64,000 nucleotides of DNA. It comes from Patescibacteria group bacterium. GTDB lineage: Bacteria > Patescibacteriota > Patescibacteriia > UBA9934 > GWF2-40-263. Shown in pieces: positions 1 to 9,722 of the stretch. The notes beneath the pieces were generated by a model. The model was not told the origin of the DNA. It worked only from the letters and a program-made list of their open reading frames with translations, and did no database searches. A program made the position numbers and the translations under genes. Position 1 is the first letter of the stretch; the number at the start of each line of letters is the position of its first letter. The stretch is from NCBI GenBank assembly GCA_004297215.1, contig SCUM01000001.1, forward strand, positions 353,181-417,180, in the 5' to 3' direction.

Positions 1-580
1 CTAAAGGAGAGGGGTGGCTCGGCAGCGCGGGGGCGAGCGGGGTCACGTCGACCCGGTCGTGGGGGATGCTATACGCCTCGCAAGCGGTGCGTTTCGCGTA
101 GGCGCTCACGGCGAGCAGGCGGACGGCGCGATGGACGACGGAATAGGTCTTGAACTCCAACGACATGCGCTGTCGTTCCTCATAGAGCTCGGGATGCAGG
201 CGGAACTCCACGTCGTGCACGACGCCTGCGAGCTTCGTCTTCCCCGAAAACGCCGGGAAGCCTTGGGCCGGGACGAACAGCACGTCCACAGACCCCCTAT
301 CGTCCCCCTTCCCAAGGGGGACACGCGACCGCATCAGTTCCCAACCCACGCGCAGCGGCATCCATCCCCTCCCCGGCAGCCACGACAGCACCTTTGACGA
401 CCAGCCGGCGGGAAGGTCGGCAAGCGCCCCTTCGAGCGGCGCGGGTGAAAACAAAACCACGCGCTCGTCGCCGCGCAGCGCGTGGTTCTTCATGGCTTCG
501 ATCAGGCGGAAGGCATACCACTCGACACCCGTCTTTGTGGGTTTGGCGGCAGAGGAAGCGTCGATGGCGATGAGGGGCAT
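1..580 (-). CDS. Glycosyltransferase family 4 (partial, runs off window start)
   Basis: Manual translation MPLIAIDASSAAKPTKTGVEWYAFRLIEAM...DVLFVPAQ...VVHDVEF...LLAVSAYAK, a typical GT4 N-terminal domain; absent from the ORF track because no stop lies in the window. Confidence 0.85.
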   Translation of the reverse strand, partial: MPLIAIDASSAAKPTKTGVEWYAFRLIEAMKNHALRGDERVVLFSPAPLEGALADLPAGWSSKVLSWLPGRGWMPLRVGWELMRSRVPLGKGDDRGSVDVLFVPAQGFPAFSGKTKLAGVVHDVEFRLHPELYEERQRMSLEFKTYSVVHRAVRLLAVSAYAKRTACEAYSIPHDRVDVTPLAPALPSHPSPL

Positions 581-584
581 AGCG

Positions 585-725
585 ATGAAAACTTGAAATC
601 TTGAAAACTTGAAGGACCAAAGGGGGACGGAAAGGTTGAAGGACGAAGGTTAAAATTTCATTCTTTCTCCATTCGACCTTTCCACGGACCTTTGGTCCTT
701 CAAGATTTGGTTCTTCAAGTTTTCA
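585..725. repeat. ~140-bp MITE-like inverted-repeat element (GAAAACTTGAA...TTCAAGTTTTC family), copy 1
   Basis: Terminal inverted repeats; related copies at ~28052, ~39229 and ~61486. Confidence 0.75.
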
Positions 726-1727
726 ACTCGTAAAGATGCTTCTCTTGTACGCCTCCAGATTCTCCAATGCCACCCCAGTCCCCTTAACGACACACTGCTG
801 CGGATCCTCGGCGACGAAGGTGGGGACGCCGGTCGCCTCGGCAAGCAGCGTGTCGAGGTTGCGAAGCTGGCTCGATCCCCCGGAGAGCACGATCCCCTTG
901 TCCATCACGTCGGCGGACAATTCCGGCGGCGTCTTGTGGAGCACCTCCTTCACGGTGGCGATGATCCCCTCGAGCTCGTTCTGGATGGCGGCCGTGACGT
1001 CGTCGCTTGAGATCTGCACGATCTTGGGCAGGCCCGACATCATGTCGCGGCCCTTCACGTCCATGGTGAGGCGCTCGGGCATGTACATGGCCGAGCCGAT
1101 GTTGATCTTGATGTCCTCGGCCGTGCGCTCCCCCACCGCCAGGCCGTACTTGCGGCGGACGTATTCCATGATGGCGGCGTCGAACTTCACCCCGCCGATG
1201 CGCACCGATTCGGACGCCACGATGCCGCCGAGCGAGATGACGGCCATTTCCGACGTGCCTCCGCCGATGTCGATGATCATGTGGCCGCTCGGGCTCCCGA
1301 TCGGGATGTTGGCGCCGATCGCGGCCACGATGGGCTCCTTGATGACGTACGCGGCCTTGGCGCCCGCCGCGATCGCGGCGTCGATCACCGCGCGCCGCTC
1401 AGTGCTCGTGATGCCGCCCGGCACCGCCACCATCACCTCGGGACGGAACAATCGCATGCCGCCCAGCGCCTTGTTGATGAAATAGCGCAGCATCGCCTCG
1501 GTAGTGCGGTAGTCGGCGATGACGCCGTCCTTGAGCGGACGGCGCGCGACGATGGTGTCCGGGGTGCGTCCGAGCATGTCCTTCGCCTCCTTTCCCACCG
1601 CGAGCACCTTGTTGTCGATCGAGGACACCGCGACGACCGAAGGCTCGTGGATGATGATGCCGCGCTTGGGCACGTACACCAGTACCGTGGTGGTGCCAAG
1701 GTCGATCCCGATCTTTTTTGCGAACAT
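723..1727 (-). CDS. mreB: Rod shape-determining protein MreB
   Basis: IGIDLGTT, IDIGGGT and LSGGSS motifs; start taken at MFAKKIG. Confidence 0.97.
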   Translation of the reverse strand: MFAKKIGIDLGTTTVLVYVPKRGIIIHEPSVVAVSSIDNKVLAVGKEAKDMLGRTPDTIVARRPLKDGVIADYRTTEAMLRYFINKALGGMRLFRPEVMVAVPGGITSTERRAVIDAAIAAGAKAAYVIKEPIVAAIGANIPIGSPSGHMIIDIGGGTSEMAVISLGGIVASESVRIGGVKFDAAIMEYVRRKYGLAVGERTAEDIKINIGSAMYMPERLTMDVKGRDMMSGLPKIVQISSDDVTAAIQNELEGIIATVKEVLHKTPPELSADVMDKGIVLSGGSSQLRNLDTLLAEATGVPTFVAEDPQQCVVKGTGVALENLEAYKRSIFTS

Positions 1728-1732
1728 AGATA

Positions 1733-1790
1733 AAGGCGTGAAGGCCTCAGGCGTTGAAGGCCTCAAGGCCTTGTCCGCCTGCGGGCCTAC
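1733..1790. repeat. AGGCCT/AGGCGT-periodic short repeat element
   Basis: aaggcgtgaaggcctcaggcgttgaaggcctcaaggcc; similar tracts at ~3800, ~24628, ~32806 and ~51835. Confidence 0.6.
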
Positions 1791-3793
1791 AAAGCCACTT
1801 CAAACACCCGGTCCTTATCCAAAACGGTCTCCAGCTCGTATACGTCATTTCCCCACTTGTCGCGGCCCTCCGGGACCGACGCGCTCGTGACGTTCTTATC
1901 AAAATCAAGGCGCAACGTCAAACCTCCCTCCTGCGCTCCGGCCTGCTTGAAGACCTTCAGGCGATAGGAGCCTGAGGCGATGGATTCGACCACCGACGGC
2001 GCGAGGAGATACTCGAAGACGAGGTCGCGCGAAGTCCCCGGTTCGATCGACGTGAACGCGCCGAACACCGTGAAGCCGAGCTCTTGCCCGACGTCGGCCC
2101 CTCCCGCGGCGCCGGAGGGCTCATGCAGGCGGTCGTCCTTGAGCGCGCCGGTGACGCGGATGAACTCGCTCCCCGCCGGCACGTACACGCGGGCGTAGGT
2201 GCGGTAGCGCGTGGTCTTCCAATCGAAGCGTCCCTCGTGGTCGTAATGGATGGTGACGCGACCCACGTATTGTCCGGAAGAATTCTTGAACGTCTCGTAT
2301 CGGAGCGTGCGCTTGACGGCCGGGTCGGTCTTGAGGCTCGCGAGGTTCGCGTCCACCGCCATGAGCGCGTCGCCCCAGGCCGGAGACGCGACGCGCCCGC
2401 CCCAACCCACGGCGTCGATCACCCGCTGCGACGACGGATCCTCGCTGTAGAGGAGGAGGGATTTCGCGACGAGCGCGCGCTCGGCCGCCTGCGCGATCTC
2501 GCCCCAACGCGACACGGGCATCGCCTCGAGCCGCGCCTTCATCCGTTCCACGAGCTCGGCGACGATCTCCTTGCGCTGGGCGAGCGGGATGCCCTGCCCC
2601 GCGTAGCCGACCTCCACCTGGTACTCCAGCTTGTCGTAGACGTTCTCCGAGGAGAAGGTCTGCCCGCCCGCCTCGATGGGGCCGGTAAGCCGCAACAGGT
2701 CGGCGGCGAACGCGGGGGTGAAGCCGATCACGCCGTCAAACGCCGTCGGGGTGCCGCCACCAAGCTCCTGTTCGGATCGGAACAGGCGCAACGCGTCGCG
2801 CGAGGACGCGGCGAAGTCCGGCGACCAGTTAGCGTCGCGGAAGAACCATTTCTGCGCGCCCAGCCAGCGGCGCAGCGGTTCGGGCGGCACCTGCGTGACC
2901 CGCGCCTCGGCCGGGCCGTCGAGCGCGTACGCGTCGTGGGTGTAGAGCGCCGCGATGTCGGCATCCTTCACCGTCAGCGCGCCGTAGGTCCCGATGAACC
3001 CGCCGCCCGGACGCAGCTCCGCGTCGTTCAAGAACAGGAGCAGCGACGTCTTTGACCCGTCGATGCCGGCGAACGCCGGGAGGACGCGCGCGGCACGTGA
3101 GAGCAGGCGCAGCGTTTCCTCCGCCTGCGCCAGCTTCCCTGCAAGCGGTACCAGCGCGGCGAACGTGCCGGAGGCGACTCCCTCGCGGTCGGCTTGCGCG
3201 AGCTCGGCGCGCGCGATCGCGATGCGCTCCGCGGTCTCATCGAGCTCGTCCGCGGACGCGACGAGTCGGCGCAGGAGCAGGCGCTTGGTGGCCGACGGCA
3301 GGTCTCCCAGGCTCGTGCCCGGCGAAGCGCCTTCCGAAAGGGCCTGGAGGTCGGCGGCGGAAAGCCCCGAGAGGCGCGCGAGGTCGGCGCCGAGGGTGGC
3401 CGCGATCTTGAGCGCCTCCACGGCGGAGCGGCCCGCGGCGGCGAGCGCGGAGGCCGCCCGAGCCTGCGGAGCGACCCACGGCAGGAACTCGAGCGGCAGG
3501 AGGGCGGCGGCGTTGCGGTCGGCGCGGGCGAACCGCTCGTCGGCGCGCTCGAGCTCGAAGAGCGCCGTGTCGAAATCCAGCGATTCCGCCGCGTCACGGG
3601 CGGCCTCGAGCGCGGCGCGGCCGTCGGAGGCGGCGGCGTACAGGGCGCCGAGCGCGACCGCGAGCCAGATGGCGTACCCGACGAGGACGGTCGCGACGAG
3701 CGTCGCGGCGATCACAAGGCCCCGCTTGATGCCGTGACGGCGATGAACGGGAGCGGGTTCCGCGCGATGGAGGAAATTAGCGCTGTGGGACAT
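1787..3793 (-). CDS. DUF4012 domain membrane-anchored protein
   Basis: N-terminal TM; LFLNDAELRPGGGFIG and FRDANWSPDF motifs. Confidence 0.85.
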   Translation of the reverse strand: MSHSANFLHRAEPAPVHRRHGIKRGLVIAATLVATVLVGYAIWLAVALGALYAAASDGRAALEAARDAAESLDFDTALFELERADERFARADRNAAALLPLEFLPWVAPQARAASALAAAGRSAVEALKIAATLGADLARLSGLSAADLQALSEGASPGTSLGDLPSATKRLLLRRLVASADELDETAERIAIARAELAQADREGVASGTFAALVPLAGKLAQAEETLRLLSRAARVLPAFAGIDGSKTSLLLFLNDAELRPGGGFIGTYGALTVKDADIAALYTHDAYALDGPAEARVTQVPPEPLRRWLGAQKWFFRDANWSPDFAASSRDALRLFRSEQELGGGTPTAFDGVIGFTPAFAADLLRLTGPIEAGGQTFSSENVYDKLEYQVEVGYAGQGIPLAQRKEIVAELVERMKARLEAMPVSRWGEIAQAAERALVAKSLLLYSEDPSSQRVIDAVGWGGRVASPAWGDALMAVDANLASLKTDPAVKRTLRYETFKNSSGQYVGRVTIHYDHEGRFDWKTTRYRTYARVYVPAGSEFIRVTGALKDDRLHEPSGAAGGADVGQELGFTVFGAFTSIEPGTSRDLVFEYLLAPSVVESIASGSYRLKVFKQAGAQEGGLTLRLDFDKNVTSASVPEGRDKWGNDVYELETVLDKDRVFEVAL

Positions 3794-3840
3794 GAGAGAA
3801 AGGCGTTAAGGCCTCAGGCGGACAAGGCCCACAGGACCTT

Positions 3841-4662
3841 TCACGCCTGCGGGCCTGAGGGCCTTAAGGATTTTCCTTTCCATTTCTTATAATAGTATAG
3901 CGCACTTCGGAGCTGGATCCTCGTGAGCGGGTTCATGAGCTGGCGCCAGAGGCTGCCCTCGGCCGTCTCGCGGCGATGATAATGGACGAGTTTCGCCCCT
4001 GGATGATAGGTGACCTTCCATCCGGCTTCCCAGAACCGACGGCACCAGTCCTGATCCTCGAAATACACGAAGAAGCCCGGGTCGAACCCGCCCACCTGCT
4101 CGTACGCCGTTCGCCGCACGCACAGGGCGGCCCCGAGCATGTAGTCCACGTCGCGGCTCTCCGTATGGTCCCACTCGGCCATGACATAGGCGTCGAGCGC
4201 CCGCCGCGCGCGCGGAAACAGCGGCGCGAGCCACGGCAGGCGCCGCCAGGCGATCACCTCCGGCGCCATGAAGCGGAAGCAGCTGTGCTGGACGGCGCCG
4301 TCCGGACGCAACAGCTGCGGCCCGCACATCCCCACCTCCGGGGAGGCGTCCATGAACCGCACGAGCTCCTCGAGCGCGCCTGAGAACACCGCGATGTCCG
4401 GATTGAACACCAACAAGTACCGCCCCGTGGCCTCCCCCATGGCGCGGTTCATCCCGCCGCCGAACCCGAGATGCCGGTCCGGGACGATCAGCCTGACCTC
4501 GGGAAATTCCCGGCGAACGGCCTCCGCCACGCGCATGGAAGGGTTGTTGTCCACCACGATCACCTCGTACGAGAGCTTGGGCGCCACGAGACGGATCCCC
4601 TTGAGCGTCTGCCGAAGCAGCCCGGGCGTGTTGTAATGGACGATGAGAATTGATAAATCCAT
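3841..4662 (-). CDS. Glycosyltransferase family 2 (WbbL-like)
   Basis: LSILIVHYN, VVDN, FNPD, FFVYFEDQDWC motifs. Confidence 0.92.
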   Translation of the reverse strand: MDLSILIVHYNTPGLLRQTLKGIRLVAPKLSYEVIVVDNNPSMRVAEAVRREFPEVRLIVPDRHLGFGGGMNRAMGEATGRYLLVFNPDIAVFSGALEELVRFMDASPEVGMCGPQLLRPDGAVQHSCFRFMAPEVIAWRRLPWLAPLFPRARRALDAYVMAEWDHTESRDVDYMLGAALCVRRTAYEQVGGFDPGFFVYFEDQDWCRRFWEAGWKVTYHPGAKLVHYHRRETAEGSLWRQLMNPLTRIQLRSALYYYKKWKGKSLRPSGPQA

Positions 4663-4665
4663 ACG

Positions 4666-4742
4666 AGGGGCAGATGGCAGTTGGCAGATGGTAGTCGGGG
4701 TCTTATGGCCCCCTAACTGCTAACTGCCCACTGCCAACTGCA
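4666..4742. repeat. Heptamer-periodic inverted repeat (CAGATGG / TAACTGC)
   Basis: 7-bp tandem units on each arm of an intergenic hairpin. Confidence 0.7.
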
Positions 4743-4745
4743 TTA

Positions 4746-5795
4746 CTACACGAACCACTTCCTCATCTCCTTCGCGCTTGCCTTGCGAGAGCGCATGATC
4801 TCGCGGCGCTTGCGCAGCATGCGCGGGAGCCGCGCGAGCGCTTGGACGAACGCGCCGAGGTTGCGCGTCTCGAACACGGCGACGTACGCCAGCTGCAGCG
4901 CCTCCCGGCACAGGATCCACGGCGAGGCGAGCAGGCCGTTCACGAACAGCTCGTCCTTCATGAGCATGTTCCAATGGTTGCGGGCGGAATAGCCGGAACG
5001 CGCCTGGGAACGCCCGAACCGTTCGCGCAGGCGCTTGAACGCTCCGGCCGACTCGCTCCCGCCCATGGCGCGATGGTGGTGCGCGCGCGCCTCCGGCACG
5101 AACAGGGCGGAGAACCCGGCGAGGCGCAGCCGCCAGGCAAGGTCGACGTCTTCCTTATACGCGAAGAAGTCCGCGTCGAAATATTCTTCGTCGACCTTCA
5201 CGTCCTCGAGCGCGGAGGCGCGATAGAGCGCGAGCGCGCCGGAAATCCCGAACACGTCGGTCAGGGCGTCGTACTGTCCGCGATCGAGCTCGCCCGCCCC
5301 GCGATCGGCCACCGTGCGAGCGCGCGTGCCCCGCAGCCCCGTGGAATCGATGACGTCGCTCTTCACCGTCTCGCGCAGGTCCTCGTCTTCCAGGCGCTCA
5401 CGCGAGGCGCGCAACAGCTTCCCTCCGAGGCTCCCGGCCTCGGGGTGCGCATCGGCGGCCGCGACGATCTTCTCCAGGAAGTCCGGCGCGAGGATGACGT
5501 CCGGGTTCACCACGAGCGCGTAACGGCGCGCGAGGTCGTCGGAGGGCCAATGCGAGAGGGCGTAGCGGATCCCCTGGTTGTGCGCGGCCGCGAACCCGAG
5601 GTTGCGCGCGTTGCGCAGGTACGCCACGCGAGGATGATGCGCGCGCACGTACGCCTCGCTCCCGTCCACGCTGCCGTTGTCGATGATGAACGCTTGGAAA
5701 TCCCGGAACGTCTGCGCTTCCACGGACGCAAGAAGCTCCGGCAGGTACCGGAGGCTGTTCCAAGCGACGATGGTGAGATGGACGCGGGGAGTCAT
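4746..5795 (-). CDS. Glycosyltransferase family 2
   Basis: IIDNGSVDG, NLGFAAAHN, VNPD, FFAYKEDVDL motifs; start at MTPRV. Confidence 0.92.
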   Translation of the reverse strand: MTPRVHLTIVAWNSLRYLPELLASVEAQTFRDFQAFIIDNGSVDGSEAYVRAHHPRVAYLRNARNLGFAAAHNQGIRYALSHWPSDDLARRYALVVNPDVILAPDFLEKIVAAADAHPEAGSLGGKLLRASRERLEDEDLRETVKSDVIDSTGLRGTRARTVADRGAGELDRGQYDALTDVFGISGALALYRASALEDVKVDEEYFDADFFAYKEDVDLAWRLRLAGFSALFVPEARAHHHRAMGGSESAGAFKRLRERFGRSQARSGYSARNHWNMLMKDELFVNGLLASPWILCREALQLAYVAVFETRNLGAFVQALARLPRMLRKRREIMRSRKASAKEMRKWFV

Positions 5796-5799
5796 GGCG

Positions 5800-5871
5800 G
5801 TAGGATGAAGGATGTAGACTGTAGGATGAAGGATGAAAAATATCCTACATCCTACATTCTTCATCCTACAT
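5800..5871. repeat. Heptamer-periodic inverted repeat (TAGGATG / TCCTACA)
   Basis: taggatg aaggatg tagactg taggatg ... tcctaca tcctaca ttcttca tcctaca. Confidence 0.75.
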
Positions 5872-5873
5872 AT

Positions 5874-7361
5874 TTATCTAAGCTTCTTCGTGACGTTGAA
5901 CCCGAGATAGGAGCCCAGCAGGAACCGCGTCTGCGCGTCGATCGCCGGCAGGGCGCCGAACAGGATGAAGGTGACGGGGAGCAGCAGCCACTGCGCCACC
6001 ATGAGCAGCCACGCCCATCCCTTCACCGATGCCGGGCGCGGCGGGAGCAGCGTGAGCGACAGGATCCCGGACACGAACACGCCGGCCATGGCGAGCTGCA
6101 TGATGTGCTGGAGCGTGAACGGGGCGGCCTGGATGAGCGCGTCCGGGTCGCGCACGAGCGCGAGCGGGAGCTGGCCGAACAGGAAGATGAGCAACGGCGC
6201 CGTGGCCCAGGTGTACATCCCTTCCAGGTGGTTGAACAGGTACCGCGCCTTCTTCATGAGCGGGATCCCTGGCGCGGCGCCAAACGCCGCGACCATCGCG
6301 GGAAGATGCTCCACCCCCCATGCCCAACGCCGCTGCTGCTTGTAGAGCGCCTTGAGCGCAGCCACGTACGTCTCCCCGGAAACGGCGTCCATGGACACGG
6401 GGAGGTACAGGGGCGTGACGCGATAGTCGCCGCGGTAATGCACGAACGCCTGCAGGAAGATGCGGCTGTCCTCCGAGACGATGTCCTTCTGCCAGAACCG
6501 GACGTCCTTGAGCATCTTCCACGGCATGGAGTGGCTGGAGAAGGTCCACAGCCGCTCGGGGCGCGCGAGCTCGCCCATGAGCCAGAAGGTGGTGCCGAAC
6601 GCGGCGATGCGCACCGGCGCCGGCGCGGTCCAGATGGTGTTGGAAAACAGCACTACCGGCTGGTAGCTGCAGCGCAGGGGGTCCTCGACGGTGAGATACG
6701 TGCGCGCGAGGTACGAGAAGTACTGCGGATGCACCACCGTGTCCACGTCGAACGCCGAAACGATCAGGTCCTCGTCCTTCAGGGTCGGGAACTCGGCGGT
6801 GAGGACCTCATCCGCGCGGTGTCCGGCCCAGTTGAGGTTGGATCCCTTCCCCGGGATCTCGTCCGGCAGCCCGGCGGGATGTTCCGTGACGATCAGCTTC
6901 TTGAAGCGGTGACCGAACTCGCGCTCGATCGCGGCGGCGTTCTTGCGGAACCGATGCGCGTCGCGCTCTTCGCCGGCAAGCACCACGATCATGCGCTCGT
7001 GCGGCACGTGGGCGGACAGGAGCGATCGCAGCGTGGCGCGGATGACCGACAGTTCTTCCTTGTACGTGGGGAGGAACACCAGGTGGTGGATGCGTTCATG
7101 CCCCGGGATCTCCCGCACCCGCGCGGCCCAGTCCACCTTCGAGGCGCGGCGCACTTCCACCCAGGCGATCACCAGGAAGATGATGAAATACGCCACGCGG
7201 AAGAACCAGTACAGGTCGAACACGATGATGAACACCACCACGTACACCGGGGCGAAGAACGACAAGGCGAGTCCAAGGATGAGCGTCCCCCACACGAGCG
7301 CCCCCGGAAGCATCTCCCAAAAGCGCATGCGGCCGTACTTATAGCCGTAAAAGCCGTCCAT
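5874..7361 (-). CDS. Membrane-integrated processive-type GT2 glycosyltransferase
   Basis: N- and C-terminal TMs; DVD, SED and QQRRW motifs. Confidence 0.88.
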   Translation of the reverse strand: MDGFYGYKYGRMRFWEMLPGALVWGTLILGLALSFFAPVYVVVFIIVFDLYWFFRVAYFIIFLVIAWVEVRRASKVDWAARVREIPGHERIHHLVFLPTYKEELSVIRATLRSLLSAHVPHERMIVVLAGEERDAHRFRKNAAAIEREFGHRFKKLIVTEHPAGLPDEIPGKGSNLNWAGHRADEVLTAEFPTLKDEDLIVSAFDVDTVVHPQYFSYLARTYLTVEDPLRCSYQPVVLFSNTIWTAPAPVRIAAFGTTFWLMGELARPERLWTFSSHSMPWKMLKDVRFWQKDIVSEDSRIFLQAFVHYRGDYRVTPLYLPVSMDAVSGETYVAALKALYKQQRRWAWGVEHLPAMVAAFGAAPGIPLMKKARYLFNHLEGMYTWATAPLLIFLFGQLPLALVRDPDALIQAAPFTLQHIMQLAMAGVFVSGILSLTLLPPRPASVKGWAWLLMVAQWLLLPVTFILFGALPAIDAQTRFLLGSYLGFNVTKKLR

Positions 7362-7379
7362 AATCGAAAGAATCCTAAC

Positions 7380-7410
7380 AAAAAACCGCCCTTGAGTCTA
7401 GGGCGGTCTT
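7380..7410 (-). terminator. Intrinsic terminator ACCGCCCT/AGGGCGGT
   Basis: 8-bp stem with an A-run on the left (U-tract on the minus strand). Confidence 0.7.
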
Positions 7411-7419
7411 CGCCATATC

Positions 7420-8310
7420 CTACTCTATTTCCTTCCATTCCTTCTCACGCTCCTTCATGCTTTTTTCCAACTTCTTACGGACATCCTGAATCGTCATCGG
7501 CGTATGCGCCTGCTTCCCCCGATAATCGACCCAGAGTTCCCCATTGCCGACATCGAGGTGCGAGCTTTCGACAAAATCCCTATACGTTCCACCAAGCTCA
7601 TTGATGCTCTCGACGTTTATAGACTTACCCATTGCCATAAGCGTCAGCCAGTCACTGAAATAATTGTGACTCACGGAAACTAGGTGGGTAGGTCTGTCCG
7701 GAAAGTGTTTTTTTGAAAGCTGATCCATGCGTTCAACATAATCCACAGCTAGGAAAGCGTATTCTTCCGGCGTTTGGATGAATTCGGCTGGATTAATCGT
7801 CGAAGGATCTATGTCTGGATGTGTACGTCTAAGTTCCTCCTTGAGCGCGGGGATTTCTTCCTTCCTTGCGGTCCAAATCTTTCCTACGATGGACTCATCT
7901 TTGTAGAGGCTGCGCCATTTTTGAAAAGCTGAGTCAGCCAGATCCTCCTTCCTGAGACTGTATCCGAGCATGGTTTGCGGAGCCGTCTCCGTGATGAGAA
8001 GTTTCTTGTCAGTTCTGGTTTTAGCTTCATCAATTTTCTCAGCATCCTTCACGGATACAGCTTCGAAGTCGCCATCTTGTGAAACCAGGTCGAGTAAACT
8101 TGATTCCAAGGTCCGCTTTGTATCAATTGCACGGCCGATGTTTGAAGAAAAAAGCACAATGACAGCAGGAGCAGGAATCTCCTTTAGACGTTCGTAAAGC
8201 TCATGCGCCTTTTTCTTGGCCTGTTCAATCCCCTGTTCGGATAATCCTTCCCCCTTCTTGTGTCCGTGACGCATGATCTCGAACTGTGTGCCCGACCGTC
8301 GTTCCGTCAT
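7420..8310 (-). CDS. Histidine phosphatase superfamily-like protein
   Basis: IMRHG near N-terminus, SSNIGRAIDT and VSVSH motifs; ATGA overlap with the upstream gene. Confidence 0.7.
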   Translation of the reverse strand: MTERRSGTQFEIMRHGHKKGEGLSEQGIEQAKKKAHELYERLKEIPAPAVIVLFSSNIGRAIDTKRTLESSLLDLVSQDGDFEAVSVKDAEKIDEAKTRTDKKLLITETAPQTMLGYSLRKEDLADSAFQKWRSLYKDESIVGKIWTARKEEIPALKEELRRTHPDIDPSTINPAEFIQTPEEYAFLAVDYVERMDQLSKKHFPDRPTHLVSVSHNYFSDWLTLMAMGKSINVESINELGGTYRDFVESSHLDVGNGELWVDYRGKQAHTPMTIQDVRKKLEKSMKEREKEWKEIE

Positions 8311-9428
8311 AGATGAGAGGTATATTTGGCAGCCCGTTTTAAGACCGTAATCTTGCCGTTGGTGGCATCGAGCTCGATCAGGTCCCCATCGCGGATGATA
8401 TCCGTCGCGTGATGGGTGGCTACGAGACACGGTACGCCAAGTTCACGAGACATGATGGCGGCATGCGAATTCAATCCGCCCTGGTTCGCGATGATTCCAC
8501 CGGCCTTTTTCATGAGCGGAACGAACTCGGGCGAAGTCGTCTCCGTGACCAGGATGGTTCCCTGCGGCATTTCCATCAGGTGTACGCTCTTTACGAAATC
8601 CTCATAACTCTTCCCGTATTCCGGCAAGATGACACGGGCGCGCGCTGTCACTTTTCCACGGTTCGCGATCGTCCCGCCGCATTCCGTCATGTTCGAATAA
8701 TCAGGTTCTGCGAAACGCCCGAGAACTAATTTCTTGTCGATACCATCCAATTCGTACCCGCGTCCGTTCTCGGAATAAATCAGGTACGAATGCTGACGTG
8801 CCCTGATGATGGTATCAGGCGCCAGAGTACCTTGTTCTAACAGGCGAATGAGCTGCTTAATGCTGTAAAATTTCACGTCTTCCACGTTCGTCCCATGTTG
8901 TGCGGCGGCCAAATCCGCATAATGGTAGAGGCAGGTGGTGAGCAATTCGACAAGTAAAGGGCGGCTCTTCATCTTGAGGTCGTCACCCAAGACCAACATG
9001 TTTTTCTCCAACAAGGCGTCGGTATTTTCGAAACAGCCATCTGTGAAGAAAAATTCGGTCTTTTCAAAGTAGTAATACAGCTTCTGGACAATCGCCTTGA
9101 GGTCGCAGACGTCATTGATGGTAACGACGGTCTTTTGACGGGACGTCTTGAGATAGGATTCGCTTTCAGCGATGACTTCTCGGAATCCTTTCTCAAAACG
9201 AACAAAATTTTCCTCTTGTGAAAAGATAGCCCGGCCGATCTTCATGGTCTCCGCCGCGATGGAACGTGGGATGTACGAGCGCAACAGGTCATTTTCATAC
9301 ATCCACAAGAAGCCCCGGTCGAAGTAATGCTGCGCGGAAAAATCTATAAGAAGATAACCCAACCCCTTGAAGTTAAAGGCACGGATATAGTCTTTCGGCG
9401 TAATTTTCTCCAATTGATACATAGGCAT
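8307..9428 (-). CDS. Unknown N-terminal domain + C-terminal PEP-utilising phospho-His swivel domain
   Basis: ILVTETTSPEF...GGLNSHAAIMSRELGVPC; start uncertain. Confidence 0.85.
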   Translation of the reverse strand: MPMYQLEKITPKDYIRAFNFKGLGYLLIDFSAQHYFDRGFLWMYENDLLRSYIPRSIAAETMKIGRAIFSQEENFVRFEKGFREVIAESESYLKTSRQKTVVTINDVCDLKAIVQKLYYYFEKTEFFFTDGCFENTDALLEKNMLVLGDDLKMKSRPLLVELLTTCLYHYADLAAAQHGTNVEDVKFYSIKQLIRLLEQGTLAPDTIIRARQHSYLIYSENGRGYELDGIDKKLVLGRFAEPDYSNMTECGGTIANRGKVTARARVILPEYGKSYEDFVKSVHLMEMPQGTILVTETTSPEFVPLMKKAGGIIANQGGLNSHAAIMSRELGVPCLVATHHATDIIRDGDLIELDATNGKITVLKRAAKYTSHL

Positions 9429-9539
9429 GATCATTAGCATGTAGCCTATCAAAAACATCGACACGAGGCTAGATTTTCCCTGAAAAATTAAGATGGGTTC
9501 TGTAACTACTGCAAAAACCATTTTTTCAAGGGTTTTCGG

Positions 9540-9568
9540 TTGACAAGGGCGTTAATTTCTGCTATCTT
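9540..9568 (+). promoter_or_regulatory. Sigma70-like promoter
   Basis: TTGACA-17 nt-TATCTT. Confidence 0.65.
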
Positions 9569-9722
9569 TCAACGTTGTTCGTTCCATCCAATCTACTGTT
9601 GAAAGCGGTATTTTGCAGCCGAAGTTCGGCGTCAAATAGCCGTTTTCAACAAAAGGAAAATCGTGGATCAATGGTTTGTTCCAAGATGTACCTACGGCAT
9701 ACGTGAAAGGCAGGGTAGTTAA

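Noticed and set aside
4842-7604. Very long opposite-strand ORFs (also 25863-28049, 36619-39237, 47502-49907, 60024-62288)
   Set aside because: Shadow ORFs produced by high-GC codon bias opposite clearly identifiable genes.
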